Shown here: piece after piece, positions 10,986 through 19,601 of the stretch
Layout of the letters: each line of letters begins with the position of its first letter
Position numbering within the stretch: position 1 is the first letter of the stretch
Assembly (NCBI GenBank): GCA_963737905.1
Contig: CAVTUQ010000012.1
Span: 140,303 to 204,302 of the forward strand
DNA from: an uncultured delta proteobacterium
GTDB taxonomy: Bacteria; Desulfobacterota; Binatia; UBA9968
Length of the DNA stretch: 64,000 bases
Reading direction: 5' to 3'
Position numbers and translations under genes: made by a program
Notes under the pieces: model-generated
Told to the model about the DNA's origin: nothing
Database searches by the model: none
Seen by the model: only the letters and a program-made list of their open reading frames with translations

Positions 10986-11669
10986 ATGTCCAATCGGCTC
11001 GAACCCACTTCCCGTAGTTATGACGAAAAACTCCAGCGTATATTAAAAATTTCGGCAAAAATCTTTGCCGAAAAAGGATTTCACCGCACCTCGGTGCGGG
11101 ACATCTCCCGCTCGACAAAAATGAGTTTGGCGGGGCTCTATTACTACTTTTCGACCAAGGAAGAGCTGCTTTATCTCATTCAAGAACGCTGTTTCGTTAC
11201 TCTACTACAGCGTTGGGAGCGCGCCGCGACGCCTGATATGGACGTCCGTACTCGCATTCGACTTTTTGCTGAAAACCATTTGAGTTTTTTCTGCCACAAC
11301 ATGCACGAGATGAAGGTGATGGCGCACGAGGATGAGTCCCTCACGGGCGAATTCCAGGTCAAGATCTTGGTCCTCAAGCGGCGCTACGTAAAAGTCATCA
11401 TGGATCTTATCCGGGAACTCCAAGATCAAGAAGGTGGAAAGGGCATGGATCTACGGGTGGCGACTTTCTCTCTGTTCGGCATGATGAACTGGATCTATAC
11501 CTGGTATCAGCCAAAACGAGACTTAGCGCTTCCCCAACTGATGGAGCAGATGCTGCGGATCTACTTCTTCGGTGTCCTGCAGGGAGGAGCGGTTGAGGCG
11601 CCTTGGTTCAATGCAACTTCTGGTACTTCGAGCAAGGAAACGTTTTCTCTCTGGCATAATAATCAGTAG
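10986..11669 (+). CDS. TetR/AcrR family transcriptional regulator (KstR2/PaaR-like)
   Basis: FAEKGFHRTSVRDI...LYYYFSTKEELL HTH; GMMNWIYTWY C-terminal motif; divergent from the acyl-CoA cluster. Confidence 0.9.
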   Translation: MSNRLEPTSRSYDEKLQRILKISAKIFAEKGFHRTSVRDISRSTKMSLAGLYYYFSTKEELLYLIQERCFVTLLQRWERAATPDMDVRTRIRLFAENHLSFFCHNMHEMKVMAHEDESLTGEFQVKILVLKRRYVKVIMDLIRELQDQEGGKGMDLRVATFSLFGMMNWIYTWYQPKRDLALPQLMEQMLRIYFFGVLQGGAVEAPWFNATSGTSSKETFSLWHNNQ

Positions 11670-11670
11670 A

Positions 11671-11718
11671 CGTTACCCCTCACCCCTCACCCTTCACGTA
11701 AGGGGTTAGGGTTGAGGG
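11671..11718. repeat. Inverted heptamer tandem repeat (CCCCTCA)n/(TGAGGG-like)n
   Basis: cgttacccctcacccctcacccttcacgt-aaggggttagggttgaggg. Confidence 0.7.
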
Positions 11719-11732
11719 AAATCTAAAAGACT

Positions 11733-12260
11733 ATGATTCGTATTGGCGATAAGGCACCGAATTTCACCTTGAAGGGAATTTTCCAAGGAACGGTCGCGGA
11801 TTTTACGATTCAATCTTTTCCGGGGAAATGGCTGATCCTCTTCTTCTATCCCGCTGATTTTACATTCATCTGTCCCACTGAAGTGGCTGGATTCAGCAAG
11901 GCGGCACATGAATTTCGCGCCGAGGATGCCGAAATTCTCGGGGTCAGCGTTGATTCGCTGGAAAGTCATCGAAAATGGGCGGAAGAATTGGGCGGCGTGA
12001 ACTACCCACTTCTCAGCGACGACCAAAAAAATGTCAGCCGCGCCTACAACGTGTTGGACGAGAAAGATGGGGTCTGTTTGAGAGCCACGTTCATCATCAA
12101 TCCTGCCGGAGAAGTCAGTTATTTAGTCGTAAGCCACACTAATGTGGGACGCAGCGTGGAAGAAACTCTGCGCGTGCTCAAGGCGCTGCGCACGGAGCGT
12201 CTCTGTCCCTCCGACTGGAAACCCGGCGAAGCCACCGGCGATCTCACGCTCAAGTACTGA
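11733..12260 (+). CDS. 2-Cys peroxiredoxin (AhpC/TSA family)
   Basis: FYPADFTFICPTE peroxidatic motif and LCPSDWKPG resolving Cys. Confidence 0.93.
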   Translation: MIRIGDKAPNFTLKGIFQGTVADFTIQSFPGKWLILFFYPADFTFICPTEVAGFSKAAHEFRAEDAEILGVSVDSLESHRKWAEELGGVNYPLLSDDQKNVSRAYNVLDEKDGVCLRATFIINPAGEVSYLVVSHTNVGRSVEETLRVLKALRTERLCPSDWKPGEATGDLTLKY

Positions 12261-12321
12261 TGGCAAGATAGAAAGATAGCGGATAGAAGATAGCGACGTT
12301 TGATTTTCTTTCCGCCATCTC
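12259..12321. repeat. 7-8-nt tandem repeat (GATAGnn)n with a short inverted arm
   Basis: gatggcaa-gatagaaa-gatagcg-gatagaa-gatagcg ... cgccatctc. Confidence 0.65.
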
Positions 12322-12332
12322 AAATTTAAACA

Positions 12333-13061
12333 ATGTCTCTCGAGGCCATTGAGCAAAAGAAAGACCTCATCGAAAGTCGGGCTCGCATACGCGAGTTCGT
12401 TTTCGGCATTCAAGACGGTTTGATGAGCACCGTGGGGCTGCTGACCGGAGTCCAGGGTGCCACCGAAAGCACTGCAGTTGTCATTATCACGGGCTTCACG
12501 GCGATGTTTTCGGGGGCGATTTCCATGGCGGCCGGATCTTACCTTTCATCGAGCGCGGAGAAAGATATCTTCGACAAGGAACTGCGCGATGCCGAAGTGC
12601 TGGCGGAAAGGGAACCCTATTTGGCTGCCGAGGGATTGCTGAAGGCTTTGAATCAGGAAGGTTTGGCGCGGGAGCAGAGTTATAACGTCGTCAAGGTTCT
12701 CTTGCGCCAGCAGCACGCATTTCTAAGGACTTTTCAGGAAAAAGTCTTCGGCCTCGGATCGGCGGAAATTAACCGGCCTCTCCAAGGGGCTTTGGTCATG
12801 GCAGCTTCGTTCGTGATCGGCGCTTCCGTGCCGATCGTGCCTTATCTGCTGGTCGCAGGCCGAACCGCTTTGATTCTTTCGATTGTGCTCTCGGGTTTCG
12901 TCCTCTTTGGGGTGGGGTTCGTCAAAGGCCGCTTGGCGGCGAAGTCGCCGGCGCGGTCCGGCGCCCAGTTCTTCGCGATTGCCGTGGGCGCTGCGCTCCT
13001 GGGATATCTGATCGGCTTGGTCGTCCAACATTTCTTTCCTGACATTTCGATTCCGGCGTGA
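12333..13061 (+). CDS. VIT1/CCC1 family iron/manganese transporter
   Basis: REFVFGIQDGL, GAISMAAGSYLS, SFVIGASVPIVPY. Confidence 0.92.
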   Translation: MSLEAIEQKKDLIESRARIREFVFGIQDGLMSTVGLLTGVQGATESTAVVIITGFTAMFSGAISMAAGSYLSSSAEKDIFDKELRDAEVLAEREPYLAAEGLLKALNQEGLAREQSYNVVKVLLRQQHAFLRTFQEKVFGLGSAEINRPLQGALVMAASFVIGASVPIVPYLLVAGRTALILSIVLSGFVLFGVGFVKGRLAAKSPARSGAQFFAIAVGAALLGYLIGLVVQHFFPDISIPA

Positions 13062-13082
13062 CGGCGACTGGTTTTTTTCCTC

Positions 13083-13292
13083 TTAGTCGATCAGACTTCT
13101 AAGCAACGTTAGATTTTCCCGATCCTCGGCTAGGTCCGGCCCTTTAGGCGTTTCGAGGCACATGGGGAGACCCCAGAAGCGTTTGTCGTTCACGAGAAAC
13201 CGGAACGCGTCGACGCCGATGTGGCCTTTCCCGATGTGCTCATGACGGTCTACGCGAGAATTGAACTCCTTCTTCGAATCGTTCAGATGGAA
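13083..13292 (-). pseudogene. nfo: Duplicated 3' end of nfo (about 69 codons, diverged allele)
   Basis: FHLNDSKKEFNSRVDRHEHIGKGHIGVDAFRFLVNDKRFWGLPMCLETPKGPDLAEDRENLTLLRSLID* aligns with the C-terminus of the intact gene at 16889-17764. Confidence 0.93.
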
Positions 13293-13341
13293 CCCACAAA
13301 GCGTTCGATCCTGACAAAACGGGCTCACGATAGGGGGAACA

Positions 13342-16173
13342 ATGGTTGTCACCCAAGAACTTTTCGCTGCATACCTGAACTGCCCGACAAAGGCATATCT
13401 CATGAGCTCAGCAATCCCAACGGAGCAGACTAAATTCAGGAGGTGGAAAGCGGATATTCAAAATAGGCTACGACAACAAGGAGTAGAGTTACTTCGAAAA
13501 CAAAGCCGCCTCGAAATCAAAGAAAGTCCTACGGCAGACGATCTTTCAGCGAAAGAGTCTGCTCTTTACGTAAATTGCTCTATTGGATTTGAAGAGCTGA
13601 GATCGGTGATTGACGCTGTTGAAAAAATAGACTTACCAGGCAGAAAGAGTCAATTGCTTCCCTGTCGATGTCAATTAGACAAACGCGCGGAGAGACATGA
13701 AAAGCTCCTATTGGCTTATGATGCCCTATGTCTACAAGCCTTCACAGGAGTACCTATCCGTGCGGGCAAGTTGGTCGACGGGATTAGTAAACGTGCAAAG
13801 AAAGTTCAACTAAATAGCCAGCTCAAAGCGGTGCAGGACCATGTTCGACGACTGACAGAGCTGCTTGGACAAGCAAAGGAACCGCCGCTGATCCTGAACA
13901 GACATTGCGTCGAATGTGAATTCCGAGCGCGGTGTCGTGAGAAGGCTGCGGAGACGGACGATTTGAGCCTCCTTTCCAAAATGAGCCTTAAAGAGCGACA
14001 AAAGTTACAAGGCAAAGGAATCTTCACAGTCCAGCAACTTTCCTACACGTTTAGGCCAAGGAGACGACGCAAAAGCCCCCGTTCAAATGCAGACAATTTC
14101 TCCTATGCCCTAAGAGCACTGGCGATTCGAGAAAATAAAATCCATGTCGCCGGAACGCCCACTTTTACGATTCAAGGCGATGACTGCTTTTTGGACGTGG
14201 AGGGCATTCCCGATTATGGATTCTATTATCTCGCCGGGCTACGGTTTCGTCTCAACGGCCAGCCAATCCAACATTCATTTTGGGCGGGCGACCGTTGCGA
14301 CGAGGAAACTATGTGGAACGACCTAGTCACGAACTTACGTGCGAGTGGGTTTCGCCGAATTATTCATTTCGGAAACTTCGAAAAGGAGTTTCTGATAGCC
14401 ATGACCAAGCGTTATTGTAAGTCAAAGGAACAATCGGAATATGTTGAAAGTTTGGTCCAGCAGACGGTTAACCTTTTGTCGGTAATCTACAGCCGAATCT
14501 ATTTTCCGACGTCTTCGAATAGCCTAAAAGATATTGCTCGCTACCTGGGACACAGATGGCCGGATGAAATTGGAAGCGGCTATGAAGCATTGCTCGCCCG
14601 TCATTACTGGGAAGCCTCAAGAGAGCTGAGCGTCAAGGAAGCCCTCCTGAGTTATAACATCAGCGATTGCGAAGCTCTCCATTTGGTTGCGGACTGCGTC
14701 TCTAAAATGTGTGGTCAATTATCAACCGCGGGACCGAATGACGATTCTAAATTTGTCGATACCAATAAATTGAGGGGATGGGGACCGTTCAAGTTTGGAC
14801 AGCTGAATTGTGCGATACCAGACTTTGAATACATCAATCGCGCCTCTTACTGGGACTATCAGCGCGAGCGAATCGTTTTTCGGTCGCGACGCTTACGCAA
14901 GCGGATTCGTATGCACACCTCTAGTAGACGGATAAAATACCGGGCAAATAAGGCAATCGCTCATCGACGAACTATTGCTTGTCCCTACTGTAAGTCGCGA
15001 GAGATTTATAAGTGGGGACCGAGAAATAAGACGGTCTATGATCTCAAGTTTTCTCCAGCCGGCGTAAAGCGTTGGGTCGTAAATTATCAATTTGATCGGC
15101 ACAAATGCTGGCAATGCAGGAAAACTTTTATGCCTCCAAGGAAACCTTGGACGCGAAGCAAATACGGAGATGGTTTGATACGATACTTAGTTTTTCTCAC
15201 GGTTGACCTGCAAATTTCACAAAGAGCCGCAAAAAAGTTAATAAATCAGTTCTTTGGTTTGGACCTATCAGGGGAATCTGCCGGGAGGTTTAAAAAGACT
15301 GCCGCCGCCTTTTATAAAGTAACTTACAACAAAATATTGCAAAATATAGTCAAGAGTCCCTTGGCCCATGTTGATGAAACGAAGGTTAGTCTCAATGGTC
15401 GAAGTGCTTATGTCTGGGTCTTAGCGAATCACGAAGATGTAGCTTACTTTGTTTCAGAGAGCCGCGAGGGCGCAAAGGTTCAAGATATCCTGAATAAATT
15501 CAAGGGTATCTTGGTTTCTGACTTTTACAGTCTTTACGACTCTTTCGAATGTCCACAGCAAAAATGCCTCATTCACTTGCTGCGGGATTTAAACGATGAT
15601 CTCTTGCGTGAACCATTCAATGAAGAACTTAAGTCGGTAGTCAACGGTTTTGCGTCTTTGGTTAAACCGATCGTTGAAACCGTGGATCGATATGGACTCA
15701 AGTGTCGTTTCATGAAAAAACACAAACGGTCAGTGGGCAGGTTTTACCGTTGGCTGACAAGGACCAATTTTGAGACGGAAGTGGGCGTCGGCTATAAAAA
15801 ACGATTTGAGAAAAATAGACAGAAACTTTTTACTTTCTTGGAATACGATGATGTCCCATGGAACAACAACGCGGCGGAGCATGCCATTAAAGCCTTCGCG
15901 ACGCTCCGACGCGTGTTTGGAGGTAGTAGCACGGAACGTGGCATCCAAGATTATCTTGTTCTGCTCAGCGTGTGTGAGACATGTCGTTATCGAGGAATAA
16001 AGTTTTGGGACTTTTTGTGTTCTGGTTACAAAGACGTGGACGCCTATGTCAAAAGTCAACGGCTTCATAGACGCCGGGTTACCAAGACAAGTATGCTGAA
16101 ATCCAGAAACGCAATTATCTCGCAAAGCGATGGCAATGTATGCCAAGTTGGGGAGGCTTCTGAGCAGTATTAG
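13342..16173 (+). CDS. TM0106-like RecB/Cas4-like domain + DEDD (RNase H-like) exonuclease + zinc ribbon + IS66 DDE transposase fusion (943 aa)
   Basis: YLNCPTK...HCVECEFRARC (four Cys); FLDVEG/SLKDIARYLG/YNISDC; CPYC...CWQC; HVDET, LVSDFYSLY, QKCLIHLLRD, WNNNAAEHAIK; visibly lower GC than the flanks. Confidence 0.88.
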   Translation: MVVTQELFAAYLNCPTKAYLMSSAIPTEQTKFRRWKADIQNRLRQQGVELLRKQSRLEIKESPTADDLSAKESALYVNCSIGFEELRSVIDAVEKIDLPGRKSQLLPCRCQLDKRAERHEKLLLAYDALCLQAFTGVPIRAGKLVDGISKRAKKVQLNSQLKAVQDHVRRLTELLGQAKEPPLILNRHCVECEFRARCREKAAETDDLSLLSKMSLKERQKLQGKGIFTVQQLSYTFRPRRRRKSPRSNADNFSYALRALAIRENKIHVAGTPTFTIQGDDCFLDVEGIPDYGFYYLAGLRFRLNGQPIQHSFWAGDRCDEETMWNDLVTNLRASGFRRIIHFGNFEKEFLIAMTKRYCKSKEQSEYVESLVQQTVNLLSVIYSRIYFPTSSNSLKDIARYLGHRWPDEIGSGYEALLARHYWEASRELSVKEALLSYNISDCEALHLVADCVSKMCGQLSTAGPNDDSKFVDTNKLRGWGPFKFGQLNCAIPDFEYINRASYWDYQRERIVFRSRRLRKRIRMHTSSRRIKYRANKAIAHRRTIACPYCKSREIYKWGPRNKTVYDLKFSPAGVKRWVVNYQFDRHKCWQCRKTFMPPRKPWTRSKYGDGLIRYLVFLTVDLQISQRAAKKLINQFFGLDLSGESAGRFKKTAAAFYKVTYNKILQNIVKSPLAHVDETKVSLNGRSAYVWVLANHEDVAYFVSESREGAKVQDILNKFKGILVSDFYSLYDSFECPQQKCLIHLLRDLNDDLLREPFNEELKSVVNGFASLVKPIVETVDRYGLKCRFMKKHKRSVGRFYRWLTRTNFETEVGVGYKKRFEKNRQKLFTFLEYDDVPWNNNAAEHAIKAFATLRRVFGGSSTERGIQDYLVLLSVCETCRYRGIKFWDFLCSGYKDVDAYVKSQRLHRRRVTKTSMLKSRNAIISQSDGNVCQVGEASEQY

Positions 16174-16233
16174 GATTCCCGATCTTCCGCCGGACCATGC
16201 GCTGTTTCGAGGCGCATCCCGATGCCGATGTGG
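16154..16233 (-). repeat. Second, eroded copy of the nfo 3' end
   Basis: aggcttctgagcagtattagga-ttcccgatcttccgc, gtttcgaggcgcat and gatgccgatgtgg match, in order, agacttctaagcaacgttagattttcccgatcctcggc, gtttcgaggcacat and gacgccgatgtgg of the 13083 copy. Confidence 0.8.
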
Positions 16234-16292
16234 TGATGGAAAGCTGCTTCTGGTATGCTTTTGCTGCTGACGAGAGGGCGAAAAGTCTGTTT

Positions 16293-16520
16293 ATGAATAT
16301 GCCTAGCCATGAAGAATTATATGATCGCTTCGTAAAAGGCCTGGAGTCTAAACACAGAGGAGCCTTTGCTGCCGTTCGCCCGGACGGAAAAGTTATTGTT
16401 GACAAGGACGATGTCAAAGTCGTGGACCGAGCGCTTAAGCAATTTGGCCCCGGTAATTTCGTGTTGTTAAAGGTTGGCAGTAGGGGAGTGGGGAAATGGC
16501 GCAGTCAACGACGGTTGTGA
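16293..16520 (+). CDS. Small DUF5678-like protein
   Basis: MNMPSHEELYDRFVKGLESKHRGAFAAVRPDGKVIVDKDD...FVLLKVG; the ORF-track N-terminus overlaps the eroded nfo copy, so the start is moved to 16293. Confidence 0.65.
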   Translation: MNMPSHEELYDRFVKGLESKHRGAFAAVRPDGKVIVDKDDVKVVDRALKQFGPGNFVLLKVGSRGVGKWRSQRRL

Positions 16521-16861
16521 CGCCCGCATATCCGTATGTCGAGGTCGAGTTTGCCGTCGGCGCTTTTCGTTCTTCAACCGTTCTCGCCTATGTCGATACA
16601 GGCTTTGACGGTTATCTGATTATTCCCAATACACAAACATCGCTTCTTGGTCCGCCACAATTCTTTGCGCCCTGGGAGCTTGGAGATGGGTCGGTCGTGC
16701 AGGCGCAGGAATACCGCGGTGATATCCTGATCTCCGGATTGAGCATAAGCATTCCCGCCCGCATTACACTAATAGGGGAAGAATACCTGTTGGGTCGTGG
16801 CGTTGTAGACCACGTGCGTATGACGTTTGATCATGGCCAGCGGCTGTTGTTGGAAGCGTGA
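16496..16861 (+). CDS. Clan AA (retropepsin-like) aspartic protease
   Basis: AYVDTGFDG catalytic motif, LGDG flap, LLGR motif; 121 aa. Confidence 0.85.
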   Translation: MAQSTTVVTPAYPYVEVEFAVGAFRSSTVLAYVDTGFDGYLIIPNTQTSLLGPPQFFAPWELGDGSVVQAQEYRGDILISGLSISIPARITLIGEEYLLGRGVVDHVRMTFDHGQRLLLEA

Positions 16862-16888
16862 AGCCCCTCCCCTTGGCTCACTGTTTCT

Positions 16889-17764
16889 CTAGTCCTGAAT
16901 CAGGCTCCTCAGCAGCGTTAAGTTTTCTTTATCTTCTTTCAGGTCCGGGCCCTTCGGCGTCTCCAAGCACATGGGTAATCCCCAAAAGCGCTGGTCGTTA
17001 AGCAGTAGACGGAAGGCTTCGACACCGATGTGGCCTTTCCCGATGTGCTCATGACGGTCTACGCGAGAATTAAATTCCTTCTTTGAGTCATTCAAATGAA
17101 AAGCCGCTAGGCGGTCAATGCCGATCTCTTCATCGAAATCCGTGAACGTTCGCTCGTAACCTTCCTTTGTCCGAATGTCATACCCTGCGGCGAAGGCATG
17201 CTCGGTGTCGAAGCAGACTCTGAGCCGATCGCTTTCTTTGGTTGCGTCAAACATTCTAGCGATCTGTTCGAAGCGGTAGCCGAGATTGGAGCCCTGGCCG
17301 GCCGTGATCTCGAGTGTGACCTTCACATTATAGCCGGGGCAGGCCTTGTGGACCTCGTCCAGTGAATGAGCAATGGTCTTTATACCTTCGTCTTCGCCGG
17401 CGCCCACGTGGGAGCCAGGATGAGCGATCAAATTCGACACGCCCAGGATTTCGCACCGTTCCAACTCGTCGATGAAGGCGGCTACCGAACGCTTTCGCAA
17501 AGAACCATCGGGCGAACCCAAATTGAGCAGATAGGAATCATGGGCAATCACGGTGGTGATTCCGGTGGCTTTCCGATTCAAATCAAACAGCTCGATTTCT
17601 TCCTTTGTGCAAGGCTTGGCCGCCCATTGGCGCGACGACTTCGTGAAGATCTGAATCGCGTCGCAATCTACAGTCTTACCCAGGAGCAGGGATTTATCGA
17701 CGCCTCCCGCGATGGACATATGGGCGCCCAGGAGCGGGCGGGGCGGTTTCTCTTTCTGTTTCAT
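16889..17764 (-). CDS. nfo: Endonuclease IV (AP endonuclease 2)
   Basis: GAHMSIAGG, HDSYLLNL, HPGS, LEITAGQG, DTEH, HLNDSK, DRHEHIG, LETP; start at MKQKEK because the upstream extension is a tandem repeat. Confidence 0.96.
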   Translation of the reverse strand: MKQKEKPPRPLLGAHMSIAGGVDKSLLLGKTVDCDAIQIFTKSSRQWAAKPCTKEEIELFDLNRKATGITTVIAHDSYLLNLGSPDGSLRKRSVAAFIDELERCEILGVSNLIAHPGSHVGAGEDEGIKTIAHSLDEVHKACPGYNVKVTLEITAGQGSNLGYRFEQIARMFDATKESDRLRVCFDTEHAFAAGYDIRTKEGYERTFTDFDEEIGIDRLAAFHLNDSKKEFNSRVDRHEHIGKGHIGVEAFRLLLNDQRFWGLPMCLETPKGPDLKEDKENLTLLRSLIQD

Positions 17765-17770
17765 AACATT

Positions 17771-17864
17771 TTGAACGTCTTGAACTTTTTGAACGGTTTG
17801 AACCATTGCTATATTCCGCCCGCGTTCAAACCGTTTAAGCCGTTCAAAGCGTTCAAGTCGTTCA
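17771..17864. repeat. Inverted 9-nt tandem repeat (TTGAACnnn)4 ... (GTTCAAnnn)4-5
   Basis: ttgaacgtc-ttgaacttt-ttgaacggt-ttgaac ... gttcaaacc-gtttaagcc-gttcaaagc-gttcaagtc-gttca. Confidence 0.85.
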
Positions 17865-19472
17865 TCCAGTAAAGTGTCTCTTTTCTACCAGCGGTAGCGA
17901 AATACTGCCGGCGCTTAGCAACTTGTCGTGAAACTCACGGAGATTGAAGCGCGATTCGAGGCGGATCTGCTCCCGGTCCCGCAACCGATTGATGATCGAC
18001 CAACCCAGGGCATAGCCCATCGGCCCGGAGGGCGATTGGCTGTACCAGTTCAAATCTGCGCAGGCTTGAGCGCGCGGGAAATGGAGTTCTCGGACCATCA
18101 ACTCCGCGGCCTCGTCATAGGTCATCCGGCCGGTCTGTGTTTTGACGTCGATGATGATGCGCAGCGCGCGCCAAAGCCGATCTTTGAGCATGACAAACCG
18201 GTGCTCCTTGGTTTTTAGAAAACCTTGCTCCTGCATAAGCTGCTCACAATAGAGTGCCCAGCCTTCGTAGAACACAGAGGACTCGTTCATCAGCCGCGGC
18301 AAGGTGGAGGCTGCGGCGATCGAGTTGGCAACCGAAAACTGCAGGTGATGGCCGGGATAGCTTTCGTGGACCGAAGTATTCTCCAACCCTACCCAGTTGT
18401 GCTCCCTGAGCAAATCATCATCCGTTACCGGTGTAACATAGTAGTAGCCGACCTGATCGGGATCTTTCGGCGAGGGCGATAAATAAGCGGCGAAGGGAAT
18501 CTCATGGCGGCGAAACTCCGGTGTGTGGACGACGTGCAGCTCTTCTTTCGGCGGAAAAGAGACCAGATCCTTTTCTCTGACAAACTCGCGCGCGGATTCC
18601 ATCGCTTTCTGGTAGGCGGAAAGGATTTGATCGATGGGCGGATGGTTGTCCTGGATCTTACGGGCGACCTCTTCGATGTTCTTCCCGGGCGCCAGTTCAT
18701 CCGCGAGAGCTGTGAGTTCTCGCTTCGTCTTGGCAAAAAGCTCTTCACCCAGAGCCAGGAGGCTCTGCGCATCATGATTCAGAAAATGTTTTTTCTTTAG
18801 CAGGAGATTGTAATGTTCCTCGCCGACCGCATAGACGCCTTGGCTCCGCGGCAAAAGCTCGTGCTCGAGAAAGTTCGCGTAGCGATTAATGGCGTGTTTT
18901 GCAGTATCCACCGCCGAGCGAAGCGCTACGGTGTCCCTAACTCCACTTTGAACTTTCGGATGGTCCGGCAGGCTATCGAGAAAGCTCACCCCGCCCTTGG
19001 CGCTCTCGATGGCCATCTCTGTCCAAAGGCGTGGTGGATTAGCATCGGGGCGGCTGAGATTAGCGATGCCTTGCTGGATCACAGCGGGCGTCCGGTTCAG
19101 CCGGTTCAATAGATTTCCAGCCAGATCGTTGGTTGAGCGCACCGTGAGAATATAGATTGCGTCCACTGGCAGATAAGTGTCGGGCCACTTCAGGCGGTAA
19201 TCTTCTTTTGTGTGTTCATAGCGTTGAATGGTTAGACGACCCTCGAGCAGGGCGTAATCGATGACCTGATCTCTGTCGAGCTCTCTGACGCGAATTTGCT
19301 GGAGCGTTTTTAACGACTCTTCTACGAAGATTTTTTCGGCTCGATAGATCTCCTCGGAGTAGTCATTGAGCAGGTGATCGTAGCCTTCGATGCCATAGTA
19401 GATAGCCTCGCTGGGATGAAGCTCAAAATATTTTTTAAAGTAGTCAGTGCAGAAATCGGTGAAAGAAGACAT
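17862..19472 (-). CDS. DUF885 family protein
   Basis: HESYPGHHLQ, FYEGWALYCE, RLWRALRIIID, FHDKLL motifs. Confidence 0.9.
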   Translation of the reverse strand: MSSFTDFCTDYFKKYFELHPSEAIYYGIEGYDHLLNDYSEEIYRAEKIFVEESLKTLQQIRVRELDRDQVIDYALLEGRLTIQRYEHTKEDYRLKWPDTYLPVDAIYILTVRSTNDLAGNLLNRLNRTPAVIQQGIANLSRPDANPPRLWTEMAIESAKGGVSFLDSLPDHPKVQSGVRDTVALRSAVDTAKHAINRYANFLEHELLPRSQGVYAVGEEHYNLLLKKKHFLNHDAQSLLALGEELFAKTKRELTALADELAPGKNIEEVARKIQDNHPPIDQILSAYQKAMESAREFVREKDLVSFPPKEELHVVHTPEFRRHEIPFAAYLSPSPKDPDQVGYYYVTPVTDDDLLREHNWVGLENTSVHESYPGHHLQFSVANSIAAASTLPRLMNESSVFYEGWALYCEQLMQEQGFLKTKEHRFVMLKDRLWRALRIIIDVKTQTGRMTYDEAAELMVRELHFPRAQACADLNWYSQSPSGPMGYALGWSIINRLRDREQIRLESRFNLREFHDKLLSAGSISLPLVEKRHFTG

Positions 19473-19601
19473 TCCAATCCCTTATCACCTTAGCCCACAT
19501 GCTTCAATTTTGGGGTGGAAGCCCTGAATCTGGTTTGTGCTTTCTGTAGATGCAGGATGATGCCACGCCACTTCCGTCAGGTGAAACCGCAATCTGAGGC
19601 G

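Noticed and set aside
13293-13403. N-terminal part of ORF 13083-13403
   Set aside because: It is antisense to the start of the 943-aa gene; only the nfo-like C-terminal part is meaningful.
13293-16153. Canonical IS66 element
   Set aside because: No tnpA/tnpB, no GTAA-type left end and no visible target duplication; only an isolated GGTTAC near 16080.
17771-17864. Possible CRISPR array (also 56645-56797)
   Set aside because: Units are 9 nt, tandem and inverted, with no unique spacers and no cas genes in the window.
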